64,000 nucleotides of DNA from Narcine bancroftii (lineage: Eukaryota), in NCBI RefSeq assembly GCF_036971445.1, contig NC_091474.1:27342001-27406000 (forward strand), written 5' to 3'. Below, piece after piece: positions 13,270 through 25,646 of the stretch. Position 1 is the first letter of the stretch. Every line of letters begins with the position of its first letter. The notes under the pieces were generated by a model. The model was not told the origin of the DNA. It searched no databases and saw only the letters and a list, made by a program, of their open reading frames with translations. The position numbers and the translations under genes were made by a program.

Positions 13270-14115
13270 TGTCGAAGGTTACAAGAGGATATAGACAGAA
13301 TGCAGAGTTGTACAGAAAAGTGGATATATGTGAGGTGATTCATTTTGGAAGGACCTATCAGAAGGCTGAGTACAGGGTTAATGGTCGGTTACTTAGAAGT
13401 GTAGATGAACAGAGGGACCTTGGGGTTCAAATCCATACATCCCTCAAAGTCACTGCACAGGTAGATAGGATCGTTAAGAAGGCCTATGGGATGCTGGGCT
13501 TAATTAATAAGGGATTGAGGTCAGGAGTAGAGAGGTCATGTTGCAACTCTACAAATCTCTGGTGTGACCACACTTGGAATATTGTGTTCAGTTCTGGTCA
13601 CCTCATTATAGGAAGGTTGTGGAAATGATGGAGAAGGTGCAGAGGGGATTTATCAGGATGTGGCCTGGATTGGAAAACTAGTTTTATAAGGCAAGGTTAG
13701 CAGAGCTGGGACTTTTCTCTTTGGATCGTACAAGGATGAGAGGAGTCTTGATAGAGGACTACAAGATTATGAGAGGCATAGATAGGGTGGAGAGTTAGTG
13801 CCCGCTTCCCAGGGCAGGAATAACAAACATCAAAGGACATATGCACAAAGTGAGGGGAAAGTCGTTTAGGGGAGACATAGGGGGTCAGTTTTTTTCTAAA
13901 CACAGAAAGTTGTGGGTGCCTGGAATGCCTTGCCTGGGATCATTGTGGAGGCTGAAATATTAGGGGCATTTAAGAGACTCTTAGGCAGCTACATTGATGA
14001 AGGAAAAATAGAGGGTTAAAGGGTAGTGTGGGTTTAGTAAATTTTTTAGGGATATATGGGTTGGCACAACATTGAGGGACGAAGGGTCTGTACTGGGCTG
14101 TAGTGTCCTATGTTC
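13270..14115 (+). mobile_element. CR1-type LINE 3' fragment (decayed); similar copy at 52120-52772 and many shorter ones
   Basis: CEVIHFGR, QRDLGVQIH, KKAYGML motifs with frameshifts; homologous to the long CR1 at 59.3-61.0 kb. Confidence 0.85.
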
Positions 14116-14190
14116 TAGGCTCTTAATGCATGCTGAGTTTTCCAGCATATGTTCAGGCTTTCTGAATGATGTTTTCCATTCCAATATCAG

Positions 14191-14294
14191 GCTTGTACCC
14201 AGACCTGCAGGAGCTGGGCAACTACATGGGACTAGACCTGAACAACGAGAAGCTGCAGCAAGACATGTGCCTGGTGCCCACCTCAGGATCCGGA
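14191..14294 (+). CDS. SDCBP2: Syntenin-2 coding exon 3 (S-LYPDLQELGNYMGLDLNNEKLQQDMCLVPTSGSG)
   Basis: Acceptor ccaatatcAG, donor GTAAGT, 104 nt, phase 1 to 0. The LYPxLxELxNYMGL motif resembles syntenin-2. Confidence 0.92.
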
Positions 14295-15887
14295 GTAAGT
14301 ATCCAGTGGGCTTGGTGAATGCAACGATCCCATACAATCATCGCCCTACAACCTTCCTCACCCCTTCCTTTGTTCCCAAGGCCACAGAATGTGGATATTG
14401 GCCTTGTCAAGATGGGAGGGTCAGTGGAATAAATGTTATTTACTGATTGACATGTGTATCGAGTTGAGGTGAAAAGCCACCTATTATTTGCTGCTCAAAG
14501 ACTAGAGAGAGTCACCAGACTCCAGACCTAATCTCACAAACAAAAGAAAGTGGAAAAAGAAAAGGAGAATCCCTTCATAGAGAATGAGTGATTGAGGATC
14601 TCGCAAGACCCAAGTTCAACACCCCCCCCCCCACCTGCATATCCAGCTGCCTGACCTCCATCACACCCCCTCGATCCTAGGACCTGGTTCCTAGAAATGA
14701 TCAGTGGCTGTGGCCTGGTGGGAGGCCTCTACCTATCAAGGCTGAGCCCGCCTTATCTGGGGGAGGCTGCATTCTGCATCATCTCAGCAGGAGGTCTGCA
14801 CTCAACATCTTCCCAGCAGGAGGCCCACACTCCACTCCACCCCGGCGGGAGGCCCGCGCTCCGCCCCACATCACCCCGGCGGGAGGCCCCTGTTTCACAT
14901 CACACCCAACAGGAACGCAAGGTTTGTGCTCCACTCCAGTGGAAGGACAGGCATCTGCACCAGCCTTCCTTCAGCCCAGGCCTGGCTGACCTGGTCTGTG
15001 GCTGCAGACTCTTCCTCCTCCTCGGACCTCCACGGCCTACCCACCCCTCCTGTGGGCACCGCCATCATGGGTGTCTCCTGCCATAACCGCTGCTTCCTTT
15101 ACGTCTACTGAGATGCCTACCACCTCAGAAATAATGATCCAAAATCCAATGGCTGAAGGTCCTCGGCCAGTTGGCCCATTGATTTAATTCAGAGAAACAT
15201 CATGGTAACAGGGTTTCCAGGCCCACGAGCCCAAGCCCCTCAAATACTACGACGTAACCGATCAATCCACCAACCTTTTGAAGGGTGGGGAGTAAAATTA
15301 AGCACCCGGAGGAAACTGTCGCAGACCCAGAGAGAACATGCAAACTCCTTTCAGCACCAGATTTGAACTCGGGTCGCAGGCCCTGTAACAGCATTGCGCG
15401 AACTGCTACACTAACCTCAAGTTCTTCCAGCAGTACAACCTCTGATCTTAAGGCAGCAGCATAAATATGTTGTCATTGTGTTTTATTTGCATTTTCCTTC
15501 ACATTACAGTTGTGGAATCGAGTGAGTGCAAATGTGAAGTGAATTCCCAACCCAGGATCCCACATTTTCCAAACTCGTTCCAGTCCAATGTTGCGGTGAC
15601 GTAACTTGCTAAGCAACCAATTGTTTTTCCTTAAGGGCACACATACACGTGATCTGATTGGCAGAAGCAGCTTGAAGCTGAATGAATATTCTCCCCTATT
15701 CAACTAACCTCAACCCAGGGATCGAGTTGGCCAAGGATCCTGAATCTGATCACACTGTGAAATTCCTCCAGGAATCTCCAGAGGGCACTAATGGTTTTGG
15801 GAGATTCTGTCTGGTGTTGAGATGGTGTTTATAGACATGTTTGCTTTCATCCATGATCCATTTTATTTGTTTTGTTTCATTCTGCAG

Positions 15888-16049
15888 CAAATTGTCAGCG
15901 GTCAGTCTGCCCTGGGTAACATGGTGGCCCCAGTGACTGGAAACAACCTGGGCTTGCACCGTGCAGAGATTAGAGCTGGTGTCCGGGAGGTGATCCTGTG
16001 CAAGGACCAAGATGGAAAGGTCGGGTTACGCCTGCGTGCCATTGATAGA
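15888..16049 (+). CDS. SDCBP2: Syntenin-2 coding exon 4 (QIVSG...[22 protein letters not shown]), start of PDZ1
   Basis: Acceptor ttctgcAG, donor GTAAGT, 162 nt. Contains the syntenin motif MVAPVTG...[14 protein letters not shown]. Confidence 0.96.
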
Positions 16050-16297
16050 GTAAGTAGATGCAACCCAAATGGATTCCAATTTGCCATCATACAAATGCGG
16101 CACAGAACCAAGGACTTGGCTGCTTCAATTATGCTATTTGGTACTTTGACAACTACCTTTGCTGGTCTTTAAACAATGGTCACAGCTGGACTATTAGAAA
16201 TAGGTTAACCTTGAACTTTGTTGGTAAGTCTTGAACCAGGCAAGCCTGATGAAGCCAACAGCTAATGAAACATGGAAGTCAGTAGACACTGTTACTG

Positions 16298-16810
16298 TAG
16301 TAAAAACACAGAAATGCTGGTGGAACTCAGCAGATCTCGCAGCATCCATAGGAGGGAAAGATGCATAACCGAAGTTTCGGGCTTAAGCACTTCCTCATGG
16401 CAAGAGTGAAAAAATACAGGTGGGGAAAGAAATTGGAAGATTGGAAGAACCACATTTCATCTTCCATCTGGGCACCCTCCAACCACATGGCATTAATATC
16501 AATTTCACCAGTTTCCTTTAAAACATCTCCCATTTTCATCTCTCCCCCCCCCCTCCCCCGTCTCCTTTCCTCTAGCTCTGTCTCCTTTCACAGGGTCAAA
16601 ATCAGTTCTTACCTTTCCTCATCATATCAAATTAACACCTTTTGTCTATTGGTCTGGACTCCTCCCCCTCCCATTCTTCTCCAGCCTTTAATTCAGATGT
16701 CTTTCTTTTACCTCTCACACCTTGAGGAAGGACTCAGGCCCAAAATGTCAGTTATACATCTTTCCCTCCTATGGACACTATGAGACCTGCTGAGTTCCTC
16801 TAGCATTGCT
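16298..16810. mobile_element. Penelope-derived element with inverted arms
   Basis: The arm gaaatgctgg.ggaactcagcag...tttcgggc (~16300-16400) is the reverse complement of ~16720-16810. The interior resembles the end of a GIY-YIG domain. Confidence 0.65.
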
Positions 16811-18095
16811 GCATTGAAGCCAACACATCAACAAGAAATCTAGCATTCCACCACGTCCATACCTGAATCCATTGAGTGGATCCTTCCCCTAACATTCCGT
16901 GTCAACCTGTCACTCAAAATGGTGCACACGCACCAGGAGCAAAAGCAGATTCTGGTCATTAGAACATATAAACAGGAGCAGGAGTTGGCCATCTGACCGC
17001 TCCACCATTCAACTAGATCAAGTGGTCTCAGCCCCTCTGAGTTGGGGAGTTTCTGTGCTGTGGAGCTGAGTCCACCTCCCACTCCCAATGAAGACCCGTG
17101 GTGCCGATTCAGTAGTGCTGAGTTGAGAGGCCACCTAATGACTCATTTTGTCACCTCCCTGCATCTCTCAGACCTCTCCCTGTTTTGGCTGTTTGGGACA
17201 CTGCCCTGGGAAGCAGTCTGACCTGTTTTATTCATTCATTTTTGGGACCTGGTTGTTCCTGGTAGAGTCGGCATTTATTGCCCATCCAGAAATGACTTTG
17301 AGAAAGTGGAAGTTGCTCACAATTCAGCGGCTTGTTGGACCACCGCAGGGAGCAGTCAGGACCCATAAGGGGTGAGCCTGAAGTCGCATATAGACAAAGT
17401 TGGGTGAAGTTGGTGGATTCCCTTCCTGGGGAGATATTATTGTGAGGTTTTTAATCAACAATCCAGAGCTTTTGTAGTTGTCACTATAATAATTGGGAGC
17501 CTACCATCTAGAATCCAGATTTCAAGCCCACGAAGAACTCGTTAGTCACCTCATAGTCCACAGGCTTTCATCCTTTTACTGAAACGTGTGGTGCTTTCCC
17601 TCCATCCCAGGGGGACTTTAGGGCTCCTATCAAGAATGGCTGCAAACTAAGGCTAGACATGAAATCCCATCCCAATAATGAGGAAGAGGGATTCCCTTAA
17701 TGTCCTGGGCAATATTTAGCTCTTTAACCAGCTGGTATCACAACATAACAAGATACAGGCCCATCAGCCCATTAAGTCTGCTCTGCCATTCTAATTATGA
17801 ACTGATCCATCCTCCCACTCAGCCCACTCTACCACCTTCTCCCCATTACCTTTGATGTCCTGACTAATCAAATACCTGTCAATCTCTGCCTTAAATGCAC
17901 CCAATGACCTCACTTCGATAGCCACCTGTGGCAACAAGTTCCACAGACTCACGACTCTCTGAGGAATGGTATGGGACCATTCTATGTGCAAAACAGCTAC
18001 CACACTAAACTATTTGGTGGAACTATGAAGATGTTGGATGTGTCAAAAAGGAAAGTGATTTGTTTTAACCATTACTTCTTGTTCTTTTACTTTAG

Positions 18096-18271
18096 GGGAT
18101 TTTTGTCCAATTGGTGCAGGCTAATTCTCCCTCTTCTCTCGTTGGCCTGAGGTTTGGGGACCAGATCTTGCAGCTGGATGGAAAGACCTGTGCTGGCTGG
18201 AGCACTGATAAAGCCCACAAGGCACTGAAACGGGCACCACAGGACCGGATCTCGCTCATTGTCCGTGACCG
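18096..18271 (+). CDS. SDCBP2: Syntenin-2 coding exon 5 ([29 protein letters not shown]...IVRDR), PDZ1
   Basis: Acceptor ttactttAG, donor GTAAGA, 176 nt, phase 0 to 2. Syntenin PDZ1 sequence. Confidence 0.96.
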
Positions 18272-19001
18272 GTAAGAAACGCAGACTTGATTGCATGGCT
18301 GAGAAAGCATGTTGAGCCTAAGGCAGAATATCTGTAAGAATTAACTCTTTTGGTGCATTGGAGGTTCCTTCACGTTCCTCACCATGCAGTGAGATCTGAT
18401 GGGAATCTCCGCTCTGTATTCCTATCTCCCTTTGTTCATCAAAAACTTCTCTACCTCCTGGCCTCGAACCGATCAAAGAATCTGCTTCCACCACCCTTTT
18501 CAGGAAGAGTTTGAAAGATCCATGCCTCAAAGGGAAAAATGTTCACCTGATCTGGTGACCCCTTATTTTCCAATAGTAACCCCTACTTTTGGATTCTCCC
18601 GAAAAAGAAAAGACCCTCTCAGGACCCATCAGAATCTTCGTATCCATCACAATCATTCTTGCCCTTTTTAACTCCAGCATGTACAAGCTTCACCAGTCCA
18701 ACCCTTTCTTGTGGTACGTCCGTTTGGGGGACAGACATTCCCCCTTACAGAACTCATTAACCAAAGAATAAAATTTCTCTCATGGAATTTATGTAGAAAA
18801 ATGTAAATAAATAATCCTGCATTCTTTTGTATACTGCTATCAAATCTCCTCTTATTCTTCTACATCCTAACCTGTTTAAACTTCCCCTGTAATTCAGTTC
18901 CTCAAATCCCAGCAACACTGTAGTACTGTAAATCTCTGCACTCTTTCACTCTTCCTAAGATGGTGCTGACCTTTTTGTGGTTTCTTTACCTCCACCCCAA
19001 G

Positions 19002-19173
19002 CCCGTTTCAGAGAACCATCACGGTGCACAAGGACAGCAGTGGCCACGTTGGGTTCATCTATAAACGTGGGAAGGTCACGTCCATTGTGAAAGATAGTTC
19101 CGCTGCCAGGAATGGGCTCCTGACCGATCACAATATCTGTGAGATCAACGGTCAGAATATCATCGGCCTGAAG
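19002..19173 (+). CDS. SDCBP2: Syntenin-2 coding exon 6 ([18 protein letters not shown]...[11 protein letters not shown]), PDZ2
   Basis: AAG acceptor after a pyrimidine tract, donor GTGAGG, 172 nt, phase 2 to 0. Overlaps ORF 19024..19347. Confidence 0.96.
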
Positions 19174-19565
19174 GTGAGGCGCAGATCACCGCACACCTCA
19201 AAATGCTGCAGTTACTGGAAATCTGAAACAAAGAATAGAAATGCAGGAAATACTCAGAAGGTTAGGCAGTGTCAGTGGAGAGAGAAATGGCTAACGTTTC
19301 AAGTCAGTAACCTCTTGTCAACACGGGGAAATGTTTTAAGAAGCTGAGAGGGAGAATTAATATTTTTTAAAATTTAGACTTACTGCACAATATCAGACCC
19401 TTCCGGTCCACGAGTCCATGTTGCTCAAATACCCCAATAAACCTACAACCCCTGTACGTTTTGAAGGGTGGGAGGAAGCAGAGCAAACCTATGCAGACAC
19501 GATGGGAACGTAATAACTCTTTACAGACAGTGCTGGATTTGAACCCAGGTCACTGGTGTTGCAAT

Positions 19566-20352
19566 CTTTCTTCTTTGGCTTGGCTTCGCGGACGAAGATT
19601 TATGGAGGGGGTAAAAAGTCCACGTCAGCTGCAGGCTCGTTTGTGGCTGACAAGTCCGATGCGGGACAGGCAGACACGATTGCAGCGGTTGCAAGGGAAA
19701 ATTGGTTGGTTGGGGTTGGGTGTTGGGTTTTTCCTCCTTTGCCTTTTGTCAGTGAGGTGGGCTCTGCGGACTTCTTCAAAGGAGGTTGCTGCCCGCCAAA
19801 CTGTGAGGCGCCAAGATGCACGGTTTGAGGTGTTATCAGCCCACTGGCGGTGGTCAATGTGGCAGGCACCAAGAGATTTCTTTAGGCAGTCCTTGTACCT
19901 TTTCTTTGGTGCACCTCTGTCACGGTGGCCAGTGGAGAGCTCGCCATATAACACGATCTTGGGAAGGCGATGGTCCTCCATTCTGGAGACGTGACCCATC
20001 CAGCGCAGCTGGATCTTCAGCAGCGTGGACTCGATGCTGTCGACCTCTGCCATCTCGAGTACTTCGACGTTAGGGGTGTAAGCGCTCCAATGGATGTTGA
20101 GGATGGAGCGGAGACAACGCTGGTGGAAGCGTTCTAGGAGCCGTAGGTGGTGCCGGTAGAGGACCCATGATTCGGAGCCGAACAGGAGTGTGGGTATGAC
20201 AATGGCTCTGTATACGCTTATCTTTGTGAGGATTTTCAGTTGGTTGTTTTTCCAGACTCTTTTGTGTAGTCTTCCAAAGGCGCTATTTGCCTTGGCGAGT
20301 CTGTTGTCTATCTCATTGTCGATCCTTGCATCTGATGAAATGGTGCAGCCGA
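19566..20352 (-). mobile_element. 5'-truncated RTE-clade LINE, young insertion
   Basis: Uninterrupted frame 20350-19625 (RLAKANSAFGRL, QLRWMGHVSRMEDHRLPKIVLYGEL, C-terminal CxxC...H). TSD GTGTTGCAAT at 19556-19565 and 20353-20362; GAAGAAAG-type tail. Confidence 0.9.
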
Positions 20353-20999
20353 GTGTTGCAATAGCGTTGTGCTAACCGCTACACTAAAGAACAAAAAGGA
20401 GGGGAGGGGGGTGTTGGAGGACAGAAGGGTTTATATCACAAACGAAACTGGGTGAAAGAGGGCGAGTGAATAACAAGCAGCTAGGCTGGGGGAGAGCCCA
20501 TCTATACATCGATGCAGTAATATTTAAACTCCTACATGCATTTCTGGCCAGTAACCATCCCAGTCATTGAAACATGGTCACAAATCAACAATTATAGTGA
20601 TAACACAAAATTTGAGATTGTAGCAACTTTGATTATAAAAATGCCACAAAGTATAAATACTATAAAATAGAGTGAAACACAAAATACTGGAGGAACTCAG
20701 CAGGTCTCACAGCATCGATAAGAGGTAAAGATATTTAACCGAAGTTTAGGGCCTGAGCCCTTCTTCCTGAAACATCGGTTGCATATGTTTACCTCATAAT
20801 GATGCTGTGAGACCTGCTGAGAACCTCCAGCATTTCTGTTTTTATCATAAAATAGATCCTGATTACGGCAAGTAATGAAGGAGAAGAAATTGAATTTATT
20901 GTCATGACCATGTTTCAGGAAATTCGTTGTTTTGCTACAGCATCACAGGTGCAAATAGAAATTATATCTTTTTAAAAAAGTAAATAAATACAAAAGGGT

Positions 21000-21232
21000 G
21001 GCATGGTTAGCATAGATGGAGGCGTAGTGGTTAGTGCAACGCTGTTAACGTGCCAGCAATCAGGTCCGGGGTTAGAATCCAGCGCTGTTTGTAAGGAGTT
21101 TGTACTTTCTCCCTGCGTTGTGTGGTTTCCTCCCAGGTGCTCCGGTTTCCTCCCACTGTTCAAAACGTTGTAGGTTAATTGGGCGGCATGGACTCATGGG
21201 CTGAAGGGCCTGTTACCATATTGTAAGTCTAA
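21000..21232 (+). mobile_element. tRNA-derived V-SINE (HE1-like); other copies ~2450-2650, 10550-10710, 15190-15415, 19370-20390 (split), 22460-22700, 38090-38330, 45190-45700
   Basis: A-box-like gtagtggttag, B-box-like ggttagaatcc, and V-domain ggagtttgtac.ttctccc..gggtttcctcc.ggtgctccggtttcctccca. Confidence 0.75.
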
Positions 21233-24200
21233 ATTTTTAAAAAAAGAGAAAGTGAGGTAATGTCTATTGGTTTATTGTCCATTCAGAAATCTGATGGCAA
21301 AGGGGAAGAAACTGTCCTTGTGCTGTTAGGCATTCGTCTTCAGGCTCCTGGTACCTCCTTCCTGATGGTTAGAGTGAGGAGAGGGCATGGCCTGGATGGT
21401 GGGAGTCCTTGAGGATAAAGAGACATTGTCACTGATGTCCATGATGGTGCTGGCTGAGTTCACAATCTCTGTAGCCTTTTCCTGTCCTGGGCATTGTTAC
21501 ACTTGGAAAAATTTGCTTGAGTCTTTGGTGATTATACGAAATCTCCTCAAACTCCTCACAAAATAGAGCTATGGTGAGCCTTCTTCATGACATGGAGTAC
21601 CCAGCACAGATCTTCAGAGATGTTGACACCCAGGATTTTAATCCTCTCTGCTACCAAGCCCTCAATAGTGTTCTCCTGATGTCCCTCTCCTGAAGTCCAC
21701 AATCAGATCCCTAGTTTTGCTAATGAATAAAGTCTTTGCTTTTTGACATTTTTTTCCTATATTCCAGTCTGCACGAGCAGCAACTTGCCCGATCTGTGTA
21801 GCCACAAAAACCGATACGGGTACCCTGCCAGAGGCAGGGAACTTGATTCCTCTTGCACAGGAGAGTGGCTGCCGTGAACCTGCATGATCTTCATCTGTCA
21901 CCAGGTGGGGCTGCAGAGCCAAGTGACGCTCATTGCTTGTGATTAGCAATTGGAGTCCACTATATTACAATGCAGTGTGTACCATGATTCCAGATTAGAG
22001 TTTATCATTACATTTGCACAAAATGCGCAGAATTCTGCACTCCCTGACTGCGATTTCCCTTGTGGCTTGTATCCTGTTTAGTTGCTGAGCCCCATTACCA
22101 GTGGCAGAGTAAATGATTTATTACACACAGTGAGCTGGGCACTGGGTACCTCAGTCGACGTACAGAGGGAGGATCAGTGGCAGGAAGCTCTCACCCTAAT
22201 GTCCAATGCAAATAAATAATTAAGTTCAGCGAAGTTGACCAGCATTTGGAAAGAAAGGATTTGATCTGTGAGACTGGAAGACAACAGAAAGGCGATTACC
22301 TTATTGTAACCCCACCCTGAGAGCCTTCCTGGTAAACCTTGCCATAAACAGCCATCCATTTGATCGCATTTACTGTATCAAGGAAGCAATAACTGATCAA
22401 TTAGGAAAAGATGAACATAATGAAACCTAATCCGTGTCCAAGAAAGTAGGTCAAATTCTTTGAGGGGCAACAGTGCTTCAGCGGGTAATGCCTCTGCCTC
22501 ACAGTGCCACGGACCCGGGTTCAATCCTGCCCCCTGGTGCTACCTGTGTGGAGTTTTCATGCTCTCCCCGTGGGTTTTAAATTTGTATGTTCATCACGTT
22601 AACAGGCCTTTCCAGCCCACAAGCCCATGCCACCCAAATACCCCTGTTAACCTACAACCCCCATACGTTTCACCTGGGTGCCCTGATTTCCCCCCACATT
22701 ATGGGGATTGTAAGTTATTGCCTCTCGAGAGAATGTGAGGCATAAAATAAAATGGAATTAGTGTAGATTTCAGACAAAATGAGTGGCGTAAAAACGAATA
22801 AAACACAAAAGTCTGCAGACATCGTGTTAAAGTAAAAACACGACGCTGGAGAAACTCAGCAGGTCAAACAGTGTCCTTTATAGAGCAAAGATAAAGATAT
22901 ATAACCTATGTTTTGGGCTTGAGCACCGAGATGGTGAACTATGCTTTATCTCCCCATGACTCTGAGGATGTGACAGGGAGAATTGATGGTGTGAATCCTT
23001 AGAGGCAATGTATTTAGATTTCCAAAAGGCATTTGACAAGATGCCACATAAGAACCTGGTGCATAAGTTAGTGGAGGAAGTGCATTATCATGGATTAAAA
23101 ATCAGCTGTCACATAGTAAGTAAAAGAGTTGGAATAAATGGGTACTTCTTGGACTGGAGAGATATACTGGTGGAGTGGTTCCTTGAGATTGGTTCTTGGG
23201 CTTCAATCATTTACTACAGTAAAACTCCTAGTATCTGGCACCTATGGGGATTGGTAGAGATGCAGGATAAGTGAATTTTATGGTTGCTTGAGATTGAGTG
23301 TTGTATGATTGGCAAACTAATGATGAGACATGCCAATTTTAAACTTCCATATTTTTTACCTATTTATTTTCCACAATTTTTTTTTTGCCAGTTGCCTGAG
23401 ACTGCCAGTTGCTTGAGTTCTAGAAGGCCAACATGGCCTGTTTCCGCACCGTAAATGGTTATATGGTTATGGTTATAACAGGTGTTTTATTCTAATTACA
23501 TTAACGATCTGAAGGAAGGAGCAAAATGTAAGGTTTCAAGAAGGCAAAGAGCACACTGGCCTTTATTGTGAAGTGATTAAGTTTTGTTCCACTTGTACAG
23601 GGATTTGAAGTCACACCTGAAATACCATAAGATATAGGAGCAGAAGTAGGCCATTCAGCTCATTGAGTTCGATCCGCCATTCTATCATTAGCTGATCCAT
23701 TCTCCCACTCAGCCCTGCTCTCCTGCCGTCTCCCCATATCATTTGATACCCTGACTATTTAGATACCTATCAGTCTCTGCCTTAAATACACCCAACGACC
23801 TGGCCTCCACAGCCACCTGTGGCAGCAAATTCCAGGGGTTCACCGCTCTCTGGCTAAAGAAATTCCTCTGTATCTTTGTTTTGAATAGGTGCCCTTCAAT
23901 GCTAAAGTTGTGCTTTCTTTTACTTGACTCCCTTACCATGGATAACAACGTCACCTGGTACTCTGTCCAGGCCTTTCAACACTCTTCTGAACTCCAAGGA
24001 GTACAGTCCAAGAATACTGCTCTCAGCTTTTGGTTTCCTTAGCTAAAAGAAGGACCTCATAGCATTGGAGGGAATGCAAAGAAGACATATCAGGCTCATT
24101 GTTGCAACAGGAAGAAGTAAAACACAAAAATTCCTGGGATGTGGGTTGTCATTCAAAAAAGCTTAACAGTTTGGGTTTTTATTCTTTGGTATTTAGAAGA

Positions 24201-24721
24201 ATGAGGGTAGACCTTATTCAAAAATCAAAAAAACCTATGATCTTCAAAGGATAAATACTGAGATATTTTCATTCATGAGCGAGTCAGAAAGAACAAGATA
24301 CAATTACAAGGTAAGGGTGAGGTCATTTAAAATTGAGGTGAATAGAAAATTCCCTCTGAGGGTTGTGTATCTCTCAGGGCTGATCATTATCTATATTTAA
24401 GGTGAGATAGACGAATGTTTGAAAAATTGAGGAATTGAAGGTTATTTTGGATCTGGCACAGAAGAGGCCTCTGTACATCAGGCCATATTCAATGAGGGGC
24501 CAGGTTTGAGGGGCCAAATGGCTTCCTGTTGCTGTTTTCTCATTGTCTTTGTGTTCATGTGCTTCTGGTGTGACTACTCATGGGCTCCATTCCAAAAACA
24601 GCCAATGTGTCCTTGTCACCACCCCAGAACCTACAAGAAGACAAAGGCCTTTTCCAACTGAAAATTAGCAAGGTCTGCTTAAGTTCCACAACTAGAGACA
24701 AACAGGTCCTTTACAGACCCT

Positions 24722-25210
24722 AGTAAAAATATACAGAAATACTGAAGGAACTCAGCCAGTCTCGCACTGTCCATAGGAGGTTATATATTACCGACGTTTC
24801 GGGCCTGATCCCTTCTTCAAGATTTAAGCAGAAAACAGGAAGGCATCTGAATAAAGACTGAAGACTGGCAGGGGAAGGAGTCCAGACCAACAGCCAAAAG
24901 GTGTTTATTAGATATGATAGAGGAAAGGTGAAAATAGATTTTGGCAGACATGTCAGCAAGGGAATAGAATTGAAATGTGTGGCCACTGGGAGATTCACAC
25001 TATTGTGGCAGACAGAGCTGAAATGGTCAACAAAGCTGTTGGTCTGACCTACTCTCCCTGCCATTCATCAGTCTTTATTCAGTTGCCTGTTTGCATTTTA
25101 CATGTACCTTGAAGAAGGGCTCAGGCCCGAAACATTGGTAATATATTTTTATCTCTTATGGACGCTGCAAGATCGGCTAAGTTCCTCCAACATTTCTGCG
25201 TTTTTACTCC
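24722..25210. mobile_element. Penelope-derived inverted-repeat element
   Basis: Arms ~24722-24895 and ~25036-25210 are reverse complements. The spacer encodes a GIY-YIG-like remnant (PVATHFNS). Confidence 0.7.
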
Positions 25211-25554
25211 AATTACAGCATCTGCAGACTTTCAAGTTTTACTTCATTACAGATCCCATTCCAGTGCAAAATGGTGCTGTGCAAGATTCCATTAACTCCA
25301 CAATGATTCCTTCACCCTTTCTCACTGCAATGCTGACCTTACCTCCAACAGCTTCCTGCAGGAGTGGAGTTAATCTATAGGTTTCACCACCTTCTTCTGT
25401 CCAGGTGGGATGCATCAATTCACACACAATCCTTCAAAGCCAATCCCACCAGTCACTCAATATTTCTGAGTTCCCTGTTCCACGTCTTTTGTGGGTCTGG
25501 ACTGGACATTGTGACAAGACGTTGGATATTATCGGTTGTTCTCTTGTTTCACAG

Positions 25555-25646
25555 GACTCTCAGGTCATTGACATTTTGGCCACAACTGGAACCACCATTA
25601 CTCTAACTGTCATGCCACATGTCATCTTTGAGCACATGATTAAAAG
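25555..25646 (+). CDS. SDCBP2: Syntenin-2 coding exon 7 (DSQVIDILATTGTTITLTVMPHVIFEHMIKR), end of PDZ2
   Basis: Acceptor tgtttcacAG, donor GTGAGT, 92 nt, phase 0 to 2. Confidence 0.95.

Noticed and set aside
14697-15110. GC-rich 129-aa ORF in an SDCBP2 intron
   Set aside because: It contains ~35-bp degenerate repeats (gggaggccc), has no recognisable homology, and is not needed for the syntenin frame.
21000-21090. tRNA-like A/B boxes
   Set aside because: This is the head of a V-SINE with no complete cloverleaf, not a tRNA gene.
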